From the NCBI GenBank assembly GCA_031416815.1, contig JANOUJ010000421.1:1-32887 (forward strand): a stretch of 32,887 bases of DNA, read 5' to 3'. The notes below the pieces were generated by a model, which was not told the DNA's origin, ran no database searches, and worked only from the letters and a program-made list of their open reading frames with translations. Positions 1 to 9,076 of the stretch are shown piece after piece (position 1 is the first letter of the stretch; each line of letters opens with the position of its first letter). Position numbers and translations under genes: made by a program. The DNA is from Chitinophagaceae bacterium (GTDB lineage: Bacteria > Bacteroidota > Bacteroidia > Chitinophagales > Chitinophagaceae).

Positions 1-1
1 C

Positions 2-985
2 GCCTGCAGCGGAAGGCCGGGCGCTACCAATGCCAGGGTTCAATCCTATATACTTAATAATAAAAAAGTAAGAGCAATACTGGCTGAAAAAGGAATTGTA
101 ATTCCTGAAACAACACAGTTTATTGGCAGCATGCATGATACAGCTGCGGATGTAATGGCTTATTATGATGAAAAAGTACTTACTCCAGCAAACATGGACC
201 TGCAAATCATCAACATTCAAAATTTTGAAACGGCTTTAAACCTGAATGCAAAAGAACGAAGCAGAAGATTTGCTTCTATCAATACCAAACAGGAACTGGA
301 ACAGGTACGCAAAGCCATTCATAACCGTTCGGTTTCTTTGTTTGAGCCCAGGCCTGAGCTGGGCCATGGCACCAATACCTTAGCTATTATTGGTCGCAGG
401 CAGGTAACCAAGGGGTTGTTTTTAGATCGCCGTGCTTTTCTCAACAGTTATGATCATACCACCGACGCAGACGGAGCTATTTTATCTGCAGTGATGCGAC
501 CTATTGGTTTGGTTTGTGGCGGTATAAATCTTGAATATTATTTTTCAAGAGTAGATAATATTAAAGTAGGCGCCGGTACCAAACTGCCACACAATGTAAT
601 GGGCTTGTTTGGTGTGGCCAACAGTAGCGATGGGGATCTGAGAGCGGGCCTGCCCTGGCAAATGATCGAAGTGCACGACCCTGTAAGGCTGCTGGTTATC
701 GTTGAGCATAAACCCGACATTGTATTAAAAGCCATTCAGTCATCTGCAGAAGTATTTGAATGGTATAAAAATGAGTGGGTGCATATTGTAGCCTTGCATC
801 CGGAAGAAAAGCAATTCTATTATTTTAAGAACGGCGCTTTTGAAAAGTATGAGCCTATAACAGAGACGGGCGAAATAAAAACCATTCACAACATGGAAGA
901 GTTTATTGAAGGTGCCAGGGAAATGGAGACCAACCATATTGTGCATGCAACGGAAGAAAATTTACCGGTGTATCTGCTCGATTAA
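2..985 (+). CDS. dabA: DUF2309/YbcC family protein, DabA-like inorganic carbon transporter subunit (5' partial)
   Basis: Frame is open from base 2: ACSGRPGATNAR...LAEKGIVIPETTQFIGSMHDT, the tail of the CGAC motif. Also RPELG, FLDRRAFLNSYD, INLEYYFSRVDN, GAGTKLPHNV, GDLRAGLPWQ and HDPVRL, typical of DUF2309. Adjacent to a NuoL-like gene. Confidence 0.9.
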   Translation, partial: ACSGRPGATNARVQSYILNNKKVRAILAEKGIVIPETTQFIGSMHDTAADVMAYYDEKVLTPANMDLQIINIQNFETALNLNAKERSRRFASINTKQELEQVRKAIHNRSVSLFEPRPELGHGTNTLAIIGRRQVTKGLFLDRRAFLNSYDHTTDADGAILSAVMRPIGLVCGGINLEYYFSRVDNIKVGAGTKLPHNVMGLFGVANSSDGDLRAGLPWQMIEVHDPVRLLVIVEHKPDIVLKAIQSSAEVFEWYKNEWVHIVALHPEEKQFYYFKNGAFEKYEPITETGEIKTIHNMEEFIEGAREMETNHIVHATEENLPVYLLD

Positions 986-1024
986 AATGAAATGACTTTC
1001 TAATCTCTAAGAAAAAAATATTAA

Positions 1025-2881
1025 ATGAATCAGCTTCTTGTATTATTTATCGCAATACCATTACTGGCATTTTTGGTAAGCCTGTTCTGGCAAAACAAAA
1101 GTGAAAAACCCATCGCGGGCATTGTAAAGTTTACCAAGATATTGTATATCGTACTTTCAGTTTTCTTTGCGGTGTGGTGGGTGATCAATGGTCTGCAACC
1201 GGTCAATTATCACGTGGCTACCCTTTACCAAACCGATCAATTTGTTTTTGCGCTTGAATTATATTATGACGAAGTCACGGCGGTGTTCAGCATTGTAGGC
1301 GCATTTTTATTTTTCCTGGTAGCAACCTTCAGCAAATATTATATGCATCGTGATGAAGGGTACAAACGGTTTTTCAATACCATCTTATTATTTGCAACGG
1401 GCTATAACTTTATCATTTTATCTGGCAATTTTGAAACCCTGTTTATAGGATGGGAAATAAAAGGCGTATGTTCTTTTTTGCTGATAGCTTTTTACAGAAA
1501 TCGTTACCTACCGGTTAAAAATGCATTTAAAGCAATTTCTTATTATCGATTGAGTGATGTGGCCTTGATGCTTTGCATGTGGATGATGCATCATCTTACC
1601 CACCAGAACATCAGTTTTTCTGAATTGAGTGAGGCAAAAACCCTGGCTTTGCAAGCTGCCAATAGCGGCATGGCCATTTTTATTGTTTGTATGATGATAT
1701 TACCGGCTGCTATCAAGTCAGCACAATTTCCTTTCACATCGTGGTTGCCAAGAGCAATGGAAGGGCCTACTTCTTCTTCTGCCATTTTTTACGGCTCGTT
1801 AAGTGTGCATATCGGTGTTTTCTTTTTATTGCGTACGCATCCTTTCTGGGAAGATATGTTGTGGGCAAAGATCGTCATCATTGTAATTGGAGCGGTAACG
1901 GCTATTGCTGCTACACTAATAGCACGGGTGCAACCAACCGTTAAAACACAAATAGCCTATTCATCAGCAGCACAGATCGGGTTGATGTTTATTGAGGTGG
2001 CTATAGGCTGGCATTGGTTGGTACTGATACACTTTGCTGGTAATGCTTTTCTAAGAACTTATCAATTACTGGTTTCTCCTTCAGTGTTGAATTATTTGGT
2101 GCATCATCAAATTTTTCATTACACTAAACCGCAGCAAAAACCGGTATCAAAATTAAAAGCATCCTTGTATATGCTCGGTATAAAAGAATGGAATTTAGAC
2201 AGCATGATGTTCACGTATGTATGGAACCCTTTTAAATGGATAGGTAAGCAACTACAGTTTTTCCAATCTAAAATAGTTTTCGGCATACTTACAGTTGCCG
2301 CACTTACCATGTTGGTGCTGGGTTATACCAATGAAACTTTCGGCCGGTCTTTAGGAGAGGCCCTGCCAATTGTTTTAATGAGTGTTGCACTGGCAGTTAT
2401 TTTATTTGCTTTTTCGTTCAGGAGATCGGCCTTGAAGGCATGGATATATTTATTAACTGGGCACCTGTTTATTATAGCTGCTGTGTTGTTTAATGCACTA
2501 CATGTTAACCCGGTTGAAATTGTGTTTTATGTAAGCGGCATTTCAGTAGCTTTTTTAATCGGTTATTTTTGCCTGAACAGGATCAAAGGCATCGACAACG
2601 ATATTTCTCTAAACCAATTTCATGGTTACGTGTATGAGCAGCGAATTACAGCACTGTTATTTTTGTTTGCTACCATTGGTATGGTTGGTTTCCCGATAAC
2701 AGCGGCTTTTATTGGTATAGATGTGTTGTTCATTTATGTACATAGCAACCAGCCGGTATTAATTGCCTTGATGGCACTATGTTTGATATTCGTTGAGTTA
2801 TCGGCATTCAGGATATTGCTCCGTATTTTTATGGGGCCACATAAAAAATTAGATCACCCGGTGGCTTTCAGGTCATCGTAA
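1025..2881 (+). CDS. dabB: Proton-conducting membrane transporter (NuoL/MrpA-like), DabB-like partner of DabA
   Basis: Polytopic 618 aa protein with LFIGWE, KSAQFPFTSWLPRAMEGPTSSSA, IAYSSAAQIGLM and HFAGNAFLR. Lies 39 bp downstream of the DUF2309 gene with no other nuo genes nearby. Confidence 0.82.
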   Translation: MNQLLVLFIAIPLLAFLVSLFWQNKSEKPIAGIVKFTKILYIVLSVFFAVWWVINGLQPVNYHVATLYQTDQFVFALELYYDEVTAVFSIVGAFLFFLVATFSKYYMHRDEGYKRFFNTILLFATGYNFIILSGNFETLFIGWEIKGVCSFLLIAFYRNRYLPVKNAFKAISYYRLSDVALMLCMWMMHHLTHQNISFSELSEAKTLALQAANSGMAIFIVCMMILPAAIKSAQFPFTSWLPRAMEGPTSSSAIFYGSLSVHIGVFFLLRTHPFWEDMLWAKIVIIVIGAVTAIAATLIARVQPTVKTQIAYSSAAQIGLMFIEVAIGWHWLVLIHFAGNAFLRTYQLLVSPSVLNYLVHHQIFHYTKPQQKPVSKLKASLYMLGIKEWNLDSMMFTYVWNPFKWIGKQLQFFQSKIVFGILTVAALTMLVLGYTNETFGRSLGEALPIVLMSVALAVILFAFSFRRSALKAWIYLLTGHLFIIAAVLFNALHVNPVEIVFYVSGISVAFLIGYFCLNRIKGIDNDISLNQFHGYVYEQRITALLFLFATIGMVGFPITAAFIGIDVLFIYVHSNQPVLIALMALCLIFVELSAFRILLRIFMGPHKKLDHPVAFRSS

Positions 2882-2921
2882 AGGAATGGATCTGTAAAGG
2901 GAGCGCCGATCTCATCTTTTA

Positions 2922-3161
2922 ATGATAAATACAATGCTGAAATTTAAAAAAGGGACCGTACCTGAATTCGAATATAAAAAAGCAATTAAAAAGCCAATTG
3001 CTATACGTTGCATACAAATTGATGAAGCTTTTGAAGTGGAAACACTGGAAGGTACTATGAAAGGGCAATCAGGCGACTGGCTTATTGTTGGCGTAAATGG
3101 AGAGATGTACCCCATCGCCCAGGACATATTTAAGAAGACGTATGATCTGCAAATAAAATAA
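2922..3161 (+). CDS. Small hypothetical protein, PGDYG-like (TLEG...GDWLIVGVNGEMYP...FKKTY)
   Basis: 79 aa ORF (start may be 2934). The motif TLEGTM-x-G-x-GDW-I-G-GE-YP-IF-KTY resembles PGDYG/phage-type small proteins. Confidence 0.7.
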   Translation: MINTMLKFKKGTVPEFEYKKAIKKPIAIRCIQIDEAFEVETLEGTMKGQSGDWLIVGVNGEMYPIAQDIFKKTYDLQIK

Positions 3162-3165
3162 GCAC

Positions 3166-3921
3166 TTAAATATTCAAACCACCGCATACACTGATAACCT
3201 GCCCCGTAACATAGTTTCCCATATCGCAGGCTAAAAACAAACATACGTTGGCTATGTCTTCTGTGCTGGCAAACCTGCCTAAAGGGATATCGGTTTTATA
3301 TTTTTCAGCGCCCTCTCCATCTTTTAAGTAACTGGTCATATCGGTTTCTACAAAGCCCGGGGCTACTGCATTGCACCGTATATTGCGGCTGCCCAACTCC
3401 TTTGCCACGCTTTTTGTAAAACCAATGATACCGGCTTTGCTGGCGGCATAACTACTCTGGCCTGCATTGCCCATTTCGCCAATTACACTGCTCATGTTTA
3501 TAATACTGCCGCTCCGGGCTTTCATCATGGGCCTTATTACCTGCTTGGTCATGTTGAAAACACTTTTCAAGTTTACCTGTATTACATCATCCCATTGCTC
3601 GGGGGTCATACGCAACAGCAAATTATCTTTTGAAATACCTGCATTGTTTACACAAATATCTATTGCGCCAAATTCCTTTTGTACATCGTTTACAAATGCT
3701 TCGCAGGCGGCAAAATCGCCGGCATTGCTTTGGTAAGCTTTTGCTTTAACGCCCATTTGGGTTAGTCTCTCTTCAAGTGCGTTTGCCTTTTCTGCACTGC
3801 CATCACTTACATAAGTGAATGCAACATTACATCCATGCGCTGCAAATTTTACTGCAATACCTTCTCCAATACCACGTGCGGCACCGGTTATAATGGCATT
3901 TTTTCCTTCTAGTAATTTCAT
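3166..3921 (-). CDS. fabG: 3-oxoacyl-ACP reductase
   Basis: SDR motifs TGAARGIG, NNAGI, YAASK; D-LL-RM--E-WD-VI--NL pattern. Confidence 0.92.
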   Translation of the reverse strand: MKLLEGKNAIITGAARGIGEGIAVKFAAHGCNVAFTYVSDGSAEKANALEERLTQMGVKAKAYQSNAGDFAACEAFVNDVQKEFGAIDICVNNAGISKDNLLLRMTPEQWDDVIQVNLKSVFNMTKQVIRPMMKARSGSIINMSSVIGEMGNAGQSSYAASKAGIIGFTKSVAKELGSRNIRCNAVAPGFVETDMTSYLKDGEGAEKYKTDIPLGRFASTEDIANVCLFLACDMGNYVTGQVISVCGGLNI

Positions 3922-3959
3922 TATAAGTAGTTTCTATACTTCAAAATAACTTTAAAACT

Positions 3960-5480
3960 TTAAATAATTCCGGAATTTTTTATGGCAAGAATCTCTTCCA
4001 GTATATTTCTTTCATTACTAAGCCTCGGCACTTTATGCTGGCCACCAAGTTTTCCTTTGCTTCTCAACCATTCTGTAAATGTACCTGCCGGCAATTTGTG
4101 AACTATTGGTAACCGCAATGCAATATTTTTATGACGTTTTGCTTCGTAATCGCTGTTAATATTTTTTAAGGCAGTGTCAAGCTCGGCAATAAAATTATTA
4201 AAGTCATCGGGCTCTTTTTCAAATTCAACCAGCCATTCATGTGCACCATTGCTGTTTTCTGTAAAGTAAACAGGGGCCGCCGTATAATCGTTTACTATGG
4301 CATTTGTTTTTTCTGCTGCACGTGCAATAGCCTGGTCGCTGTTGTCAACAATCACTTCTTCGCCAAAGGCATTCATATAATGTTTTAGCCTGCCTGTAAT
4401 TTTTATTTTGTATGGATTAAGGTTGGTGAATTGTACGGTATCTCCTATTAAGTAACGCCACAAACCGCCGGTTGTACTCATTATCACGGCATAGTTTTTT
4501 CCAATGACCACACTGTTCAAGCCAACTGTTTTCGGGTCTTCATTTCCATATTCTTCCACTGGCATAAATTCATAAAAAATACCATGCTCTGTAAATAACA
4601 ACATTCCATCATCTCCCGGATCAACCTGCGCTGCAATAAAGCCTTCGCTGGCATTGTAAATTTCAAGGTAGTTTATTTTACCGCCGATTATTTTGTCAAA
4701 TTGTTCTCTGTAAGGAACAAATGAAACGCCGCCATTGATGTATAATTCTAAATTGGGCCACACTTCTTTTATGGTTGTCTTTCCTTTTATTCTCAAAATG
4801 CGTTTTAATAAAAGAATGGTCCAGGTGGGTACACCAGCCAGTGAGGTAACATTTTCTTCTGCGGTTACCTGCGCCAGCTTTTCTATTTTTTCTTCCCATT
4901 CATCCAGCAAGGCAACACTCAGTTCAGGTGTTCGTATCCATTGCCCCCAAAAAGGTGAGTTCTGCATCAGCACAGCGCTCAGGTCGCCATACTGAATATC
5001 TTCATTAACCTTACTGATCTGGTGCGACCCGCCAACTACCAGGCCCTTACCGGTCAGCAGGTCGCTGGACGGAAAGTTTTTATAATAATTACTGAGCAGG
5101 TCTTTACTTGCTTTAAAATGATTGTCCTGCAAACTCTCTTCGCTGATGGGAATGAATTTACTTTTATCTGATGTAGTGCCCGATGATTTTGCAAACCAGG
5201 CAACGGGCGTGTTCCATAAAATATTTTCTTCGCCATCCATCATACGGTGGATGTAAGGTTTTAAATTATCGTATTCATGAATGGGTACATTCTTTTTAAA
5301 TTCCTTCAATGAAAATAGTTTTGAAAAATTGTATTTGCGCCCAAACTCGGTGTATTGTGCAGCGGTAACAAGCTCCTGCAAAACCTCACGTTGTACTGCC
5401 ACGGGATGATTGCTCCAGTTTTCGATGCGCCACAAGCGCATGCGTGCTAATTTAGATATGGCGGGAGAAAGGAATTTCAT
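3960..5480 (-). CDS. GH3 auxin-responsive promoter family protein (acyl-adenylating, paralog 1)
   Basis: AKSSGTT, YNASEG, GLWRYLIGD and GGQHKVPRL motifs. Confidence 0.9.
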   Translation of the reverse strand: MKFLSPAISKLARMRLWRIENWSNHPVAVQREVLQELVTAAQYTEFGRKYNFSKLFSLKEFKKNVPIHEYDNLKPYIHRMMDGEENILWNTPVAWFAKSSGTTSDKSKFIPISEESLQDNHFKASKDLLSNYYKNFPSSDLLTGKGLVVGGSHQISKVNEDIQYGDLSAVLMQNSPFWGQWIRTPELSVALLDEWEEKIEKLAQVTAEENVTSLAGVPTWTILLLKRILRIKGKTTIKEVWPNLELYINGGVSFVPYREQFDKIIGGKINYLEIYNASEGFIAAQVDPGDDGMLLFTEHGIFYEFMPVEEYGNEDPKTVGLNSVVIGKNYAVIMSTTGGLWRYLIGDTVQFTNLNPYKIKITGRLKHYMNAFGEEVIVDNSDQAIARAAEKTNAIVNDYTAAPVYFTENSNGAHEWLVEFEKEPDDFNNFIAELDTALKNINSDYEAKRHKNIALRLPIVHKLPAGTFTEWLRSKGKLGGQHKVPRLSNERNILEEILAIKNSGII

Positions 5481-5500
5481 TCAACCAACAAGATAAATGA

Positions 5501-6262
5501 TTATCGGGCAGCTTCATCATGCAAATAGTCCTTACGCTTTAATTCAAAATTCTTGCCGAGGTATAAACGGCGTACCTGTTCATCGCCAGCCAGCTCTTCG
5601 GCGGTGCCATGGGTAAATATTTTACCGTCGATCAGTAAGTAGGCCCTGTCGCAGATAGAAAGGGTCTCGTTTACGTTATGATCGGTGATCAGTATTCCGA
5701 TATTGCGGAATTTTAATCTGGCAACAATGGCCTGTATATCTTCAACGGCAATGGGGTCAACGCCGGCAAAAGGTTCATCAAGCAAAATAAATTTTGGGTC
5801 AACAGCCAGGGCCCGTGCAATTTCAGTCCGCCGTCTTTCGCCGCCACTTAACGTATCGCCGTTATTTTTACGAACTCTTTGTAAATTAAATTCTTCAAGC
5901 AGGGTTTCCAGTTTATCTTTTTGCTGCTGCTTAGTAAGTTTTGTCATTTCAAGCACCGCCATAATATTATCTTCTACACTAAGTTTGCGAAATACGCTGG
6001 CTTCCTGCGGTAAGTAGCCAATACCCATTTGGGCCCTTTTATACATGGGTAGTTTGGTAATGTTGATGTCGTTTAAAAATACTTCGCCTTCATCTGGCTT
6101 TACCAGGCCTACCACCTGGTAAAAGGAGGTTGTTTTACCGGCTCCGTTCGGGCCGAGTAAACCAACAATTTCGCCCTGCTTTACATTAAAAGAAACTTTA
6201 TCTACCACTGTGCGGCTGCCATAAATTTTTACAAGATCTTTGGTATGAATGGTTAAACTCAA
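5501..6262 (-). CDS. lptB: LPS export ABC transporter ATP-binding protein
   Basis: [56 protein letters not shown]. Start placed at TTG 6262 rather than 6328 because a TACTTTTG -7 box lies at 6277-6284 on the minus strand. Confidence 0.93.
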   Translation of the reverse strand: MSLTIHTKDLVKIYGSRTVVDKVSFNVKQGEIVGLLGPNGAGKTTSFYQVVGLVKPDEGEVFLNDINITKLPMYKRAQMGIGYLPQEASVFRKLSVEDNIMAVLEMTKLTKQQQKDKLETLLEEFNLQRVRKNNGDTLSGGERRRTEIARALAVDPKFILLDEPFAGVDPIAVEDIQAIVARLKFRNIGILITDHNVNETLSICDRAYLLIDGKIFTHGTAEELAGDEQVRRLYLGKNFELKRKDYLHDEAAR

Positions 6263-6423
6263 TGGTAGTGTTTTTACAAAAGTAAGCGAACTGGAATAAA
6301 GCCTGATACCATAATGACAGATTATCAAAAATTTATAATATCACTAGCAGGTATTGCATTACGCCAATAAACCCTCAATATTTTAATCTAATTTTACAAT
6401 TCATTAGTTGGTAAATTCTGCAA

Positions 6424-7044
6424 ATGAAAACCTGCTCTTTATATCTTTTAGGTTTATTAATCGGAGCATCTACAATAATATCCTGCCAAAAAGAAATAGA
6501 TGGCACTATAGCCGGAGGTGTAATTGTTCCGGCAAATCAAAAACCCAAACTTGGAACAACCTGGACGTATAATTATTATACTTACTACTCTTATGGAGGA
6601 GTTGCAACATCAAAAATAATTACACATAAGGCCAAAACCGAAGAAACCTTTGGCGGAGAAAAATGGCTGAATATAGTTGATGTTGGGGCAGATACAACAG
6701 TTTATTTTCTAAATACAAAAGCAGGAGGACTTTATCAATACAGCAACAGCAATTCCTATTTACTTTGTAAATATCCCGCAGTGTTAAATGAAATGTACAC
6801 TTCTTTCAATGACGGATCGGCAGAGGACTTTACAGTAAAAGGAGTAAACGACACCCTGCCTACAGGTATTGGCGATATTCCTTTAAATTATTACGAGGGG
6901 GTTAAAACCGGGTTTCTTATTGACCTAATCTGGTATAATAATAATGCCTGGATAATTTGGGAATATAGATATTTTAAAGGGCCCCCGCCTGCCAACAGGT
7001 ATTACCTGTACAGCAAAATGTTTATTGATAAAATTGTTTACTGA
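6424..7044 (+). CDS. Hypothetical lipoprotein
   Basis: 206 aa ORF with N-terminal hydrophobic stretch and lipobox-like IISC followed by QKE. Confidence 0.7.
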   Translation: MKTCSLYLLGLLIGASTIISCQKEIDGTIAGGVIVPANQKPKLGTTWTYNYYTYYSYGGVATSKIITHKAKTEETFGGEKWLNIVDVGADTTVYFLNTKAGGLYQYSNSNSYLLCKYPAVLNEMYTSFNDGSAEDFTVKGVNDTLPTGIGDIPLNYYEGVKTGFLIDLIWYNNNAWIIWEYRYFKGPPPANRYYLYSKMFIDKIVY

Positions 7045-7077
7045 ATGTTGTGTAAACTTTTCTTTAAATGATACAGG

Positions 7078-7109
7078 TTTGATTATGTATGACGGCTTGC
7101 TTAAGTTTG
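7078..7109 (+). promoter_or_regulatory. Bacteroidota sigma70-type promoter for metF
   Basis: TTTG (7078-7081), 20 nt spacer, TAAGTTTG (7102-7109); matches the -33/-7 consensus. Confidence 0.7.
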
Positions 7110-7125
7110 CATATTAATTTAACAA

Positions 7126-8079
7126 ATGAAAGTAATAGAGCACATCAACCAGGCTAAAGAAACACTCATCTCTTTTGAAATTTTACCTCCGCTTAAAGGC
7201 AAGGGCATACAGTCTCTATACCAGCACCTCGATCCCCTGATGGAGTTTAAACCGGCTTACATTAATGTAACTTATCACCGCAGCGAACATGTATTTAAAA
7301 AAACACCGGATGGCACTTTTCAAAAAGTGGTTGTTCGTAAGCGGCCCGGTACCGAAAGTATTTGCGCAGCCATCATGAATAAATACAGTGTTGATACTGT
7401 ACCACATTTGATATGTGGCGGTTTTGGTGTTAATGAAACTGAAGACGCCTTAATTAACCTCAATTACCTGGGTATTGATAACGTGCTTGTTTTGCGTGGC
7501 GACGCGGCTAAAAATGAAACCGCATTTTTACCCGAACCGGGAGGGCATCAATATGCCACCGATCTTCTAAAACAGGTGACCGACCTCAATGCAGGAAAAT
7601 ATCTGGAAGAAGACCTGAAAAATACAAACCAGACAAAATTTTGTATTGGTGTAGCAGGATACCCGGAAAAACATTTTGAGGCCCCGAATATGGAGAGCGA
7701 CCTTCATTACTTAAAGCAGAAAGTAGATATGGGCGCAGACTATATTGTAACCCAAATGTTTTTTGACAATGAAAAATTTTATGCGTTTGCAAAGGCCTGC
7801 AGGGATATTGGAATTACTGTGCCTATTATTCCCGGATTGAAACCCATTTATACTAAAAAGCAATTAACCGTGTTGCCGAAAATTTTTCATATTGATCTGC
7901 CGGCAGCCCTTAGCAAGGAAATCACTAAATGCAATTCCGATGAAGAAGTGGAACAGGTTGGTACAGCATGGTTGCTGCAACAGTCTAAAGAGCTAAAAGA
8001 GTTTGGGGTGCCGGTTTTGCATTACTATACATTGGGCCGGCCTAAAATTGTAGCTGAAGTAGTTAAGCAGATCATATAA
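7126..8079 (+). CDS. metF: 5,10-methylenetetrahydrofolate reductase
   Basis: SFEILPP, NVTYH, VPHLIC, LVLRGD, VAGYPEKH, VTQMFFD, LHYYTLG. Confidence 0.93.
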   Translation: MKVIEHINQAKETLISFEILPPLKGKGIQSLYQHLDPLMEFKPAYINVTYHRSEHVFKKTPDGTFQKVVVRKRPGTESICAAIMNKYSVDTVPHLICGGFGVNETEDALINLNYLGIDNVLVLRGDAAKNETAFLPEPGGHQYATDLLKQVTDLNAGKYLEEDLKNTNQTKFCIGVAGYPEKHFEAPNMESDLHYLKQKVDMGADYIVTQMFFDNEKFYAFAKACRDIGITVPIIPGLKPIYTKKQLTVLPKIFHIDLPAALSKEITKCNSDEEVEQVGTAWLLQQSKELKEFGVPVLHYYTLGRPKIVAEVVKQII

Positions 8080-8200
8080 ATTCATCTTCATTTTAAAGTG
8101 GTTCGTAATGCTGCGTTGAGATATTTGATTGTACTTGCCTACTGGCAGGTTATGCCGACAGAAACCTCTTAGAAAAAAAGGCACTTAGCAGGTAAAAACT

Positions 8201-8228
8201 AAAGCCCCCTGAATTTGCAGGGGGCCTT
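8201..8228. terminator. Hairpin terminator between convergent metF and porin gene
   Basis: GCCCCCTG (8204-8211) / CAGGGGGC (8218-8225) stem with 6-nt loop. Confidence 0.7.
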
Positions 8229-8246
8229 CATTTTCAAGTGGGTTTA

Positions 8247-8936
8247 TTATTTGCTAAGTGGAATACCTACTGAAAAACTCAGGGTACGATACTTGTTCTT
8301 ATCATTTTCGTTGTTGTTGCTTTGTGTTGAGTTGATCTTGGCAAGACCAAGGCCATAATTTGCTTTTAAGATTACAGAGCCAAATTGAACACCTCCGCCA
8401 AAGTTTAAACCCACATCAAAACGCTTCAATTTATTGTAAGCCGCATCTTCCTGTTGTGATGTAAATGGATCATCATTACTGAATTGAATTGAAGTGGTTT
8501 CGCTGGTTGATATACCGGCAATGTATGAATCCCTTCGTGATTTACCACCTACACCTATTGCTGCATAAGGACCAGCATTAAAAAATACATTGGATTCTTT
8601 TTGAAGTGGAATTTTTACCACTGCATTTAAAGGAATTTCAAGATACAGCGGGTTGAATTTTGTTTTTATATAATTATTACCGCCATTAAAATACGTTTCG
8701 GCTTTGGAACCCCGACCGGTTAATAACAAACCCGATTCCAGGCTAAACATATCTGCCACCGGCAGCCTGCCTAATATACCTACGTTAAAAGACGGCAGGA
8801 TATTATTCTTTTCTGTTTGCCCGTCATTGGTTTTTGTAATATTAGCAAGGTTTAATCCGCCTTGTACATACACCTGTGCCTTGGTACCTAAAGCTGCCAC
8901 TGTTGTTAAAAACAATCCAAAAAATACTTTTTTCAT
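8247..8936 (-). CDS. Outer-membrane beta-barrel (porin family/PorT-like) protein
   Basis: Signal peptide (...TKAQ), GGLNLAN, YLEIPL, GPYAAIGVGGK, and C-terminal SFSVGIPL beta strand. Confidence 0.8.
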   Translation of the reverse strand: MKKVFFGLFLTTVAALGTKAQVYVQGGLNLANITKTNDGQTEKNNILPSFNVGILGRLPVADMFSLESGLLLTGRGSKAETYFNGGNNYIKTKFNPLYLEIPLNAVVKIPLQKESNVFFNAGPYAAIGVGGKSRRDSYIAGISTSETTSIQFSNDDPFTSQQEDAAYNKLKRFDVGLNFGGGVQFGSVILKANYGLGLAKINSTQSNNNENDKNKYRTLSFSVGIPLSK

Positions 8937-9025
8937 TTTACTAGTTTTTGTGAGATAATCCAGGTTTTATTGGCAAAGAATTTCACCATATATGCACCCG
9001 TTTTCCATTCTTAAGCACATTAAAC

Positions 9026-9063
9026 AAAAAGCCTGCCAACAGTATTTTGTTGGCAGGCTTTTT
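9026..9063. terminator. Bidirectional rho-independent terminator downstream of the PPIase gene
   Basis: Perfect 16-bp inverted repeat AAAAAGCCTGCCAACA (9026-9041) / TGTTGGCAGGCTTTTT (9048-9063). Confidence 0.85.
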
Positions 9064-9076
9064 ACAAATATGTGAC

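Noticed and set aside
1025-2881. Respiratory complex I subunit nuoL
   Set aside because: No other nuo genes nearby; pairing with DUF2309 indicates DabB/MpsA.
6263-6328. Extended N-termini from the ORF track (lptB 6328, PPIase 11071, GAF 20063, S46 23009, M23 30810)
   Set aside because: They overlap promoter boxes, repeats or upstream genes, or bury signal peptides; shorter starts were preferred.
8080-8200. Possible SAM riboswitch or ncRNA near metF
   Set aside because: It lies downstream of metF between convergent genes, and I could not match SAM-I/II, 6S or SRP consensus features. An Rfam scan would settle it.
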